DNA from: Macrostomum lignano
Lineage: Eukaryota
DNA: 47,034 nt
Assembly: GCA_002269645.1 (NCBI GenBank)
Contig: NIVC01004402.1
Coordinates: 1 to 47,034 of the forward strand
Reading direction: 5' to 3'
Below, piece after piece: positions 11,823 through 23,800 of the stretch. The translations under genes and the position numbers were made by a program. The notes under the pieces were generated by a model, which was not told the origin of the DNA, did not search any database, and worked only from the letters and a program-made list of their open reading frames with translations. How positions within the stretch are numbered: position 1 is the first letter of the stretch; each line of letters begins with the position of its first letter.

Positions 11823-14800
11823 TTAGACTCTAGTCTGATAGGGGAAGGCAAATGACGGGCCACTGCTTGACAATGATGCTGCATTTGATGAAGTTGCTTG
11901 CGGAGTTGTTTTCCTGTTGGGAAGCTGAGTTCCACGTACATCTGTAATTTTAGCACAGATATACAGGTGCATTTGGGGAAAGGTGTGAGAATCCTGTATA
12001 AACTTGTATAAAAATCCTGTTTTAGCCTAAGATCTACTCTAATCCTGTAACCCCATCTACTCTAATCCTGTGACCCATCTACTCTTTTCCTGTAACCCCA
12101 TCTACTCTTTTCCTGTAACCCCATCTACTCTTTTCCTGTAACCCCATCTACTCTAATCCTGTGACCCATCTACTCTTTTCCTGTAACCCCATCTACTCTA
12201 ATCCTGTGACCCATCTACTCTTTTCCTGTAACCCCATCTACTCTAATCCTGTGACCCATCTACTTGAATCCTGTGACCCCCATCTACTCTATTCCTGTGA
12301 TCCCATCTACTCTAATCCTGTGATCCCATCTACTCTAATCCTGTGACCCATCTACTCTATTCCTGTGATCCCATCTACTCTAACCCTGTGACCCATCTAC
12401 TCTAACCCTGTGATCCCATCTACTTGAATCCTGTGATCCCATCTACTCTAATCCTGTGATCCCATCTACTCTAATTCTGTGATCCCATCTACTCTAACCC
12501 TGTAACCCATCTACTCTTTTCCTGTAACCCCATCTACTCTAATCCTGTGACCCATCTACTCTTTTCCTGTAACCCCATCTACTCTAATCCTGTGACCCAT
12601 CTACTTGAATCCTGTGACCCCCATCTACTCTATTCCTGTGATCCCATCTACTCTAATCCTGTGATCCCATCTACTCTAATCCTGTGACCCATCTACTCTA
12701 TTCCTGTGATCCCATCTACTCTAACCCTGTGACCCATCTACTCTAACCCTGTGATCCCATCTACTTGAATCCTGTGATCCCATCTACTCTAATCCTGTGA
12801 TCCCATCTACTCTAATTCTGTGATCCCATCTACTCTAACCCTGTAACCCATCTACTCTTTTCCTGTAACCCCATCTACTCTAACCCTGTAACCCCATCTA
12901 CTCTAATCTTGTGACCCCAACTAACCTCTGCTGTGATTCGCCAGCAACGCAGCTTCAAGCAGTTCAACTCGACCCTGCCGACTGCGGCCATTGGATTCGA
13001 GCATTCGTTGCCTCCTTGGAAACTCGTTTTCGAATCGGCCAGTCGCAGACTGTCGAGCTGCCACTCTGGCTCCAGATGAGCGATGGGCATCCCCGTTGCG
13101 ATCTGTTGAGGAAGTTCACGGAAGAATGAAGTTGCAGATGAGTTGGGATCTTGGAATTCTGATATTACAGTTGAAATAAAACATTTTATTGAAATTGAAG
13201 TAAAGAGTGTGCCATGGTTGCAGTTGCAGGTGGAATAGGATGATTGGAATACAATGGATGGGATAATTAGAATCCAGGAAGATGGGATAATTAGTTATCC
13301 AGGTAGATGGGATGATTAGAACCCAGATAGATGGGATAATTAGAATCAAGGCAGATAGGATAATTAGAATCCAGGTAGATGGGATAATTAGAATCCAGGT
13401 AGATGGGATAATTAGAATCCAGATAGATGGGATAATTAGAATCCAGATAGATAGGATAATTAGAACCCAGATAGATGGGATAATTAGAACCCAGATAGAT
13501 GGGATAATTAGAATCCAGATAGATGGGATAATTAGAATCCAGATAGATGGGATAATTAGAACCCAGATAGATGGGATAATTAGAATCCAGGTAGATGGGA
13601 TAATTAGAACCCAGGTAGATGGGATAATTAGAATCCAGATAGATGGGATAATTAGAATCCAGATAGATGGGATAATTAGAATCCAGATAGATGGGATAAT
13701 TAGAACCCAGATAGATGGGATAATTAGAATCCAGATAGATGGGATAATTAGAATCCAGATAGATGGGATAATTAGAATCCAGGTAGATGGAATAATTAGA
13801 ATCCAGATAGATGGGATAATTAGAACCCAGGTAGATGGGATAAAAAGAACCCAGGTAGATGGGATAAAAAGAACCCAAGTCCATATCCCCAGCCAGCTAC
13901 CTTCGCCATCCAGCAAGCCCATGGGCTCAGCCTCAGTCTCCGGTCGCTGTACAGCACCATCGCTGCCAGCTGGCCGCGGCGCCGAGGAACCGGCGGCGGC
14001 CCGGCGCCGGAGGCCGCACAGGCAGGCCACGCAGGCGGTGGTGCCGACAAGCAGCAGACAGAGGCTGATCAGCCAGGCACCGCGGCCATTCAACAGAGCA
14101 GCGGCTGCGGCTGCGGCGTCCGAGTCTCCGCCATCGTCGTCGCCAACGCCGGCGTTAACGCCAAGGTCCGAGGTTCGAACCCGGGCCCAGTTGGCGAAAG
14201 CTACGCCGCCCGGAGTGGCGACGCGAACCTCGTACCACGCACCGGGCTCGAGGCCGTCAATCAGCAGCCAGGAGCGCCGGCTCTCGCGCCTGGTCTCCAG
14301 CCAGCGATTCGAATCTTTCTTAGTAGAATCGCTATTTATACTACTGCCGACACTTGAGCCGGGCAGTAGTAGCCGACGATACTGCACTAGAAAGGGCCGC
14401 TGAATCAAATTGGTGACATTTAGACCGCCGTTTGGCAGGGCGGCCACAGAAAAAGACGGAGCCCCTGGAGGCAGCAGCGAGTCGCCGACTGTCCGAACGT
14501 CCAGCCAGGAAGGCGGACCATCGCCGGCCAGTGTCCGAGCTGTCAGGTAGACCCTGTAGGCGGAGCCCGGACTCAGGTCGGACAGAGTGGCCCGGCTCTG
14601 CCAGGGATCCGCGATTGGCGGCAGCTGGACCAGCTGGAGCAGGCGGAGGCCTCGGATCTGCAGGGGTTGGAGGAGAGCTTGATGGACTTAGTTTGGCGCG
14701 TATCTGATTAGTTTGGCGCGTATCTAATTAGTTTGGCGCGTATCTGATTAGTTTGGCGCGTATCTGATTAGTTTGGCGCGTATCTAATTAGTTTGGCGCG

Positions 14801-17800
14801 TATCTAATTAGTTTGGCGCGTATCTGATTAGTTTGGCGCGTATCTAATTAGTTTGGCGCGTATCTAATTAGTTTGGCGCGTATCTGATTAGTTTGGCGCG
14901 TTTCTAATTAGTTTGGCGCGTATCTAATTAGCTTGGCGCGTATCTGATTAGTTTGGCGCGTATCTAATTAGTTTGGCGCGTATCTGATTAGTTTGGCGCG
15001 TTTCTAATTAGTTTGGCGCGTATCTAATTAGCTTGGCGCGTATCTGATAAGTTTGGCGCGTATCTGATTAGTTTGGCGCGTATCTGATTAGTTTGGCGCG
15101 TTTCTAATTAGTTTGGCGCGTATCTAATTAGTTTGGCGCGTATCTGATTAGTTTGGCGCGTATCTAATTAGTTTGGCGCGTATCTGATTAGTTTTGGCGC
15201 GTATCCGATTAGTTTGGCGCGTATCTGATTAGTTTGGCGCGTATCTCATTAGTTTGGCGCGTATCTAATTAGTTTGGCGCGTATCTGATTAGTTTGGCGC
15301 CCCCGTATCTTAGCGCCCCCCGCATCTAATTAGTTTGGCGCCTCGCGTATCTTAGATTAGCGCCTCTCATAGCTTAGTTAGGCGGCTCGCGTATCTTAGA
15401 TTAGCGCCTCTCATAGCTTAGTTTGGCGCCTCGCGTATCTTAGATTAGCGCCTCTCATAGCTTAGACTGGCGCCTCTAAAATCTTAGTTTGGCGCCTCTC
15501 ATATCTCAGATAAGCGCCTCTCATAGCTTAGTTTGGCGCCTCTCATATCTCAGATTAGCGCCTCTCATAGCTTAGACTGGCGCCTCTAAAATCTTAGTTT
15601 GGCGCCTCTCATATCTCAGATTAGCGCCTCTCATAGCTTAGTTTGGCGCCTCTCATATCTCAGATTAGCGCCTCTCATAGCTTAGACTGGCGCCTCTAAA
15701 ATCTTAGTTTGGCGCCTCTCATATCTCAGATGCGCCTCTCATAGCTTAGTCTGGCGCCTCTCATATCTCAGATTAGCGCCTCTCATAGCTTAGTTTGGTG
15801 CTTCTCATATCTCAGATTAGCGCCTCTCATATCTTAGATTGGCGCCACTCAAAGCTTAGTTTGGCGCCTCTCTAGTTTGACCCGCTGATGCCTACTAAAT
15901 GCTTCAAAAAGCTAAAAAAATCGCTCAAAAAACTGCCTCAGCCTCCTCACCTCGCTCCAGGCCAGCGAGAAGCCCAGCAACCGGCCGTTGGTCCTGGCCG
16001 GTCTGGTCCAGGCCAGCTCCAGCCGATCGGCACCTGCCGCGCCCAACAGAGCGAATTCGCCGACCGGCCCCGGCCGAGCCTCTCGAGTCCGCAGCGTCAG
16101 CAGCGCCGCCTCGGACGCAGCCAGTCCGGCCGAGTTAACCGGCCGCAGTCGCAAGCGCAGCCAAGTGTCGCCAGGCAGTCCGGTTACTTTAGCGCAGTAG
16201 CTACTACTGCTGGCATTAGTAGTATCGAGCCTGTACACTTGGTCAACTAGAATATCAACAGACCCGGCTAGGCTGGCCTCAATAGTTTTGAATTTTTCAT
16301 ATCGACCGAGCGGTGCCAGCAAATCCTGACAGTCTGCCTGAGCAGCGGCTGCGCACCAATCGACTCGGTAGCCGCGGAATTCGCCGTTCATGCGCTGGTC
16401 AGTCTGGGGATTCTGATGGGTTTTTAGGCGAGAGGGGAGACGTAATTAGCGCCAATATTAGCGTCACATTTAACACCAAAAAGCTTCACATTTGCGCGTC
16501 AAAAAAACGTCAAAATTAACACCAAAAAGCGACACAATTGGCGCCAGGATTAGCGTCACATTTTGCACCAAGATAAGCGTCACATTTGGCGCCAAGATAA
16601 GCGTCACATTTGGCACCGGGATTAGCGTCACATTTGGCGCCAGAATTAGCGTCACATTTGGCGCCAAGAAAAGCGTCACATTTGGCGCCGGGATTAGCGT
16701 CACATTTGGCGCCGGGATTAGCGTCACACTTTGCGCCAAGATAAGCGTCACATTTGGCGCCAAGATTAGCGTCACATTTTGCACCAAGATAAGCGTCACA
16801 TTTGGCGCCAAGATAAGCGTCACATTTGGCACCGGGATTAGCGTCACATTTGGCGCCAGAATTAGCGTCACATTTGGCGCCAAGATAAGTGTCACATTTG
16901 GCACCGGGATTAGCGTCACATTTGGCGCTGGGATTAGCGTCATATTAGGCGCAAAAAAGCATCTCATTTGGCGCCAGGGTTAGCGTCACATTTGGCACCA
17001 GGGTTAGCGTCACATTCGGCGCTAGGATTAGCTTCACATTTGGCGCCAGGATGAGCGTCACATTTTCCGCCAGTATTAGCGTCACATTTAAAGTATTCTT
17101 ACCATTGGCATATCCCAGGCGAGCCACACATCGGCGCCTTCGCTAGGCTCCACTTGTTCTGCTTTCACTTCGGCAGTAGCCGGTGCCATTTGCAGCTGCC
17201 GCAGGCGTTTTGGCGCCACTTCAGGCGCTGTTTCACTGCTACGACCTGAGGCAGAAGCTGTTGCAGCAATCTTGGATGCCGAATTAGTGCAGCAGTTGCC
17301 CAGGTTGTTTACAGAGAGAATCTAGGGCCGAATAGTGGTTCAATAAGTGAGCCATATAGGAGGTAGAGATAGAGCGGAGTGGAGTCGGTGCAGAGCGGAG
17401 TGAGGTGGGTACAGAGCGGAGTGAGGTGGGTGCAGAACGGAGAGAGGTGGGTACAGAGTGGAGTGAGGTAGGTGCAGAACGGAGAGAGGTGGGTACAGAG
17501 CGGAGTGAGGTGGGTACAGAGCGAAGTGAGGTGGGTGCAGAACGGAGTGAGGTGGGTACAGAGCGGAGTGAGGTGGGCACAGAACGGAGTGAGGTGGGTA
17601 CAGAGCGGAGTGAGGTGGGCACAGAGCGGAGTGAGTTGGGTGGAGAACGGAGAGAGGTGGGTGCGTAGCGGAGTGAGGTGGGTGCAGAATGGAGTGAGGT
17701 GGGTGCAGAACGGAGTGAGGTGGGTGTAGAGCGGAGCGAGGTGGCTGCAGATTAGAGTGAAGTGGTTGCAGAGCGGAGTGAGGTGGGTACAGAGCGAAGT

Positions 17801-20800
17801 GAGGTGGTTGGAGAAATGAAAGTTTATTAGATAACTCACCTCGACACGATAGGTGCGATAGGCCTCAATAGGATAATCTTTGCCGTCAATTTCCAGACTA
17901 TGCAACACTAAACAGTCCTGTTGAAAGCCGTCGATTCGAGTCGCATATTGCTGGCCAATAGGAGCGGAGCGACAATCTTCGCATGCGACAGTCAGGCTAT
18001 AGGCAAATCCTGGCCCATTGATGGCCAACGGAGACACCGGCCGCCAGCGAATCCGCAGGCGAGGTGGTTGTCCTAAAATTTCGACGTTGTGGCAGCTGCC
18101 GCCGTCAACTCGAAGCTCGGTTGGATTAGCGGAGGGGGGCTTCGGTTCGGAGCGACAATCAGAGTCCGATGTCACGTCCAGCGGCGGACTGGGTGGGACG
18201 CGGGGTTCGGAGGTTAGGATAGCTCACCCACAATGACAAAGACTCATTGACACGATAGCCTACAATGACAAAGACTAACTGACACGATAGCCTACAATGA
18301 CAAAGACTAACTGACACAATAGCCTACAATGACAAAGACTAACTGACACGATAGCCTACAATGACAAAGACTAACTGACACGATAGCCTACAATGACAAA
18401 GACTAACTGACACGATAGCCTACAATGACAAAGACTAACTGACACGGTAACCTACAATGACAAAGATTAACTGACACGATAGCCTACAATGACAAAGACT
18501 AACTGACACGGTAACCTACAATGACAAAGACTAACTGACACGGTAACCTACAATGACAAAGTCTAACTGACACGATAGCCTACAATGACAAAGACTGATA
18601 CGATAACCCACAATGACAAAGATTCATTGACAGATAGCCTACAATGACAAAGACTCATTGACACGATAGCCTACAATGACAAAGACTAACTGACACAATA
18701 GCCTACAATGACAAAGACTAACTGACACGATAACCCACAATGACAAAGACTAACTGACACGATAACCCACAATGACAAAGACTAACTGACACGGTAACCT
18801 ACAATGACAAAGTCTAACTGACACGATAGCCTACAATGACAAAGACTGACACGATAACCCACAATGACAAAGATTCATTGACAGATAGCCTACAATGACA
18901 AAGACTCATTGACACGATAGCCCACAATGACAAAGACTAACTGACACAATAGCCCACAATGACAAAGACTCACTCAGACGGCGGTCCGGCCCCCGCTAGG
19001 TTAAGCGCCCGAACTCTGAATTTGAGCGCCAAACTGGGCAGCAGACGAACTTCACAGCGCAAATCGGTAACACTGCCGCAGTGCTCTACCGCATGCCATC
19101 TTGTGTAGCTCGAATATTGCTCGGAAAATTCAACCGCGTAACTAGTAGCAACACTATTGATAACGTTAGCATTCGCTGCAGTCTCATTAACAGACTCCGA
19201 CGGCGATGACCAAGCCAGTGTGGCCAGGCCAGAGTTGCAGCCAATTAGCAGCAATTTCCTGGGCGCTCTCGGCGGCTCAACAACTCGCAACAAGCCGGTG
19301 TAGCTTGTGTCGCCCGGATCGGCGGATCTCATACTAGTTACCATGGCAACGGCTCCTGCCGAGCAAGCGTATCTGCCGGCGTGTTGAGGTTGAACAGGTG
19401 ACAGCACCAGCCAGTCTTCAAACTCTAAAAGTTCCGCTTTCGCATCGGAGCTGTCAATCTTGCGAGTCAAAGTTGTTGACGAGGGCGTCAGCGCCAGGCC
19501 GTCTTTGAGCCAGCTGATACTGACTGAGACAACCCCGTTGCTACCCGGAATTGTTGCTAGGCGCGAATCCACGGCTACTCGACAGGGCAGGCGGAGCTCT
19601 TCGGCTTCAGCTGGGTAGGCCCGGCCGTCGGCCAGGGCGTCGGCTGGACCGGCCAGGACACGGGTGGGTTGAAGCACAGTCAGGTTCTGCTGTACAGATG
19701 CCGAGCCTGCGGTGGGTTTGGTGCGTGAATAAATCAGCGAGTAAATATGTGCAGTGTACATCAGGAGTCGGAGCTTATTATAGCGGAGGTGGGGTGGGTG
19801 CAGTGTACATCAGGAGTCGGAGCTTATTATAGCGGAGGTGGGGTGGGTGCAGTGTACATCAGGAGTCGGAGCTTATTATAGCGGAGGTGGGGTGGGTGCA
19901 GTGTACATCAGGAGTCGGAGCTTATTATAGCGGAGGTGGGGTGGGTGCAGTGTACATCAGGAGTCGGAGGTTATTAAAGCGGAGGTGGGGTGGGTGCAGT
20001 GTACATCAGGAGTCGGAGCTTATTATAGCGGAGGTGGGGTGGGTGCAGTGTACATCAGGAGTCAGAGCTTATTATAGCGGAGGTGGGGTGGGTGCAGTGT
20101 TCATCGGGAGTGAGAAATGATTATAGCGGAGGTGGGGTGGGTGCAGTGTTCATCAGGAGTGAGGGAGCTGATTATAGCGGAGGTGAACTGGGTGCAGTGT
20201 ACATCAGTAGTCGGAACTGATTAAAGCGGAGATGGGGTGGGTGCAGTGTTCATCAGGAGTGAGAAATGATTATAGCAGAGGTGGGGTGGGTGCAGTGTTC
20301 ATCAGGAGTCGGATTATAGCGGAGGTGGGGTGGGGCAGTGTACATCAGGAGTGAGATTATAGCGAGGTGGGGTGGGTGCAGTGTACATCAGGAGTGAGCT
20401 TATTATAGCGAGGTGGGGTGGGTGCAGTGTACATCAGGAGTGAGCTTATTATAGCGGAGGTGGGGTGGGTGCAGTGTACATCAGGAGTCGGAGCTTATTA
20501 TAGCGGAGGTGGGGTGGGTGCAGTGTACATCAGGAGTCAGAGCTTATTATAGCGGAGGTGGGGTGGGTGCAGTGTTCATCGGAGTGAGAAATGATTATAG
20601 CGGAGGTGGGGTGGGTGCAGTGTTCATCAGGAGTGAGGGAGCTGATTATAGCGGAGGTGAACTGGGTGCAGTGTACATCAGTAGTCGGAACTGATTAAAG
20701 CGGAGATGGGGTGGGTGCAGTGTTCATCAGGAGTGAGAAATGATTATAGCAGAGGTGGGGTGGGTGCAGTGTTCATCAGGAGTGAAAATGATTATAGCAG

Positions 20801-23800
20801 AGGTGGGGTGGGGCAGTGTTCATCAGGAGTGAAAAATGATTATAGCAGAGGTGGGGTGGGGCCAGTGTTCATCAGGAGTGAGAAATGATTATAGCAGAGG
20901 TGGGGTGGGTGCAGTGTTCATCAGGAGTGAGAAATGATTATAGCAGAGGTGGGGTGGGTGCAGTGTTCATCAGGAGTGAGAAATGATTATAGCGAGGTGG
21001 GGTGGGTGCAGTGTTCATCAGGAGTGAGCTGATTATAGCGGAGGTGGGGTGGGTGCAGTGTTCATCAGGAGTGAGAAATGATTATAGCAGAGGTGGGGTG
21101 GGTGCAGTGTTCATCAGGAGTGAGAAATGATTATAGCAGAGGTGGGGTGGGTGCAGTGTTCATCAGGAGTGTGAACTGATTAAGCAGCGGAGGGTGGGCC
21201 AGTGTTCATCAGGAGTGAGAAATGAGTTATAGCAGAGGTGATGGGCAGTGTTCATCATGAGAAATGATTATAGCAGAGGTGGGGTGCAGTGTTCATCAGG
21301 AGTGAGAAATGATTATAGCAGAGGTGGGGTGGGTGCAGTGTTCATCAGGAGTGAGAAATGATTATAGCAGGAGGTGGGGTGTGCAGTGTTCATCAGGAGT
21401 GAGAACTGATTATAGCAGGAGGGGTGGGTGCAGTGCAGTGTACATCATCGGAGCTGAGAAATGAGATGGGGTGGGTGCAGTGTTCATCAGGAGTGAGATT
21501 TATAGCAGAGGTGGTGGGTGCAGTGTTCATCAGGGTGAAAAATGATTATAGGCAGAGGGGGGTGGAGGCAGTGTTCATCAGGAGTGAAAATGATTATAGC
21601 AGAGGTGGTGGTGGGTGCAGTGTTCAGGTAGTGAGAAATGATTATAGCAGAGGTGGGGTGGGTGCAGTGTTCATCAGGAGTGAGAAATGATTATAGCAGA
21701 GGTGGGGTGGGTGCAGTGTTCATCAGGAGTGAGAAATGATTATAGCAGAGGTGGGGTGGGTGCAGTGTTCATCAGGAGTGAGAAATGATTATAGCAGAGG
21801 TGGGGTGGGTGCAGTGTTCATCAGGAGTGAGAAATGATTATAGCAGAGGTGGGGTGGGTGCAGTGTTCATCAGGAGTGAGAAATGATTATAGCAGAGGTG
21901 GGGTGGGTGCAGTGTTCATCAGGAGTGTGAGCTCACCAAACTGGTTAATCAGGCGGCAGCGGTATTGACCCCCGTCGCTAAGCTGCAACTTGTCAACAGT
22001 CAAATCCGTCAGTCCGCCCCACTCCAGGCCCAGCAGCTGATAGCGGCCTCCATTGAGAAAGTCGACCTGCTTGCTGGGAGTCGCACTGCTCACGCGAGTC
22101 CATTCTACCTTAGCCGGCCGAGGCTCGGATCGACACGGCAGAGTGAAACTGGCGTTAGCCCAGGCCCAGTGGGCCAACTGTTTAGTTCTAATCTTCGGCC
22201 GCCTAGCAACTACATTCACGTAGGCATTGGCGTAGAGATAGGCGCCTGGCAACCCACTCGTGCAGTTGCACTGGTACACCGCCCTATCGGCGTAGCTGGC
22301 ACTATCCGTAACCATGACAACCGATTCTGTTGTTGAACTGCTGTTCAATTTCAAACTGACGCCATTTCTACTAATCCACTGACAGCGCTGCGCATGATCC
22401 GCTTGGCAACGCATCACTAGCCGGTCGCCAATGGCAACGACAGCGTTGGACGGCGGGCGACCGCGGGAGACCAAATTGGAGGCAGCACAATTTGCAGGTG
22501 AAAATCTGAGAACGCAACGACGCCACTGTTGCTCGTGGCAACGCAACGATAGCGGCCTGCGTGGTTGCAGGTAGTGAAATATGTGTCAACAGATTGCGTA
22601 GTTTTTCAGTAATGAAAATAATTTTTGACTTCTGTGCTCTGCTATTTAAGTCAGAGATGGGAGCAAGGGGCTGTGTGCATGGCGCACAAGAGCATCGCCA
22701 TCGGGGGACACACAGGGGGGGGCATGCCAATGCTTTGTCCCCCCCCACATCACTTTGTGACCCGTTGTGGAAATCAATGATTTTGCTTTGCGGCGCCAAA
22801 ATGAGTTGCCTGTATGCGGCGCCAAAATGAGTGCCTGTGTGCGGCGCCAAAATGATTGCCTGTGTGCGGCGCCAAAATGAGTTGCCTGTATGCGGCGCCA
22901 AAATGAGTGCCTGTGTGCGGCGCCAAAATGATTGCCTGTCTGCGGCGCTAAAATGAGTGCCTGTCTGCGGCGCCAAAATGAGTGCCTGTCTGCGGCGCCA
23001 AAATGAGTTGCCTGTATGCGGCGCCAAAATGAGTGCCTGTGTGCGGCGCCAAAATGATTGCCTGTCTGCGGCGCCAAAATGAGTGCCTGTATGCGGCACC
23101 AAAATAATTGCATGTATGCGGCGCCAAAATGAGTGCCTGTCTGCGGCGCCAAAATGAGTGCCTGTCTGCGGCGCCAAAATGAGCGCTAACAACACCGATT
23201 CTTAAAATCATATACATGTACACGTCATGTACGTACAATGTAGAATACTTGACTTTGCCCCCCCCCCTGGCGCACTTTAAGCGACATTGTCGCACAACCG
23301 GCGAGAGGCATTACTGCTCATTTCGCCGACTCCCCTGAGCAGTCATAGGCACAGACACACTCACACAGGAGTGTACAGCGGCCCTAACTTTATTTTATCG
23401 TTAGGCATGTACACTTCACTGTGCCTTGGGGGTTAATTGCACAAGCAGAGCCAAGCCGAGATTCCAATTCAGCCCCAAATTAACGTGACTGCACTTGGAA
23501 TCGAGCCTGGGCCGCTGGCACAGCAGACCACTAGACTACGGCATCCAAAGACGTTCATTATTTAAAGATAATTGAATAACTTGAAAAATAATAATTACCC
23601 AGACGGTTGCCAATGTCAGCCCTGATTTTCAGCACCAGTCCGGTGCCTTGGTCAACAACCCGACGCTCAACGCCATCGCTAGCGGCATCATCTACTGGCA
23701 AAAACTGCCCATCCGACTCGCTACTAGAAGCAACTTGCCAAGCAATAGTTGGCGGCGGATTGCCTGAAAAGAAGCAGAACAGCATCAGAGTGCTGCCCGA

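Noticed and set aside
22465-22480. L1-like gene as a pseudogene because of the exon-5 frameshift
   Set aside because: A single lost base in a G run (TGG GTC). The other 11 exons are intact and phase-consistent, and the same error type recurs across the window.
23440-23535. Extra Ig micro-exon (VVCCASGPGS...)
   Set aside because: Exon 4 joins exon 5 directly as GNRL-G-RYRCVAT. The segment is better explained as a SINE-like remnant.
23490-23545. Functional tRNA gene
   Set aside because: The A-B box spacing is too short and no cloverleaf or anticodon arm can be drawn.
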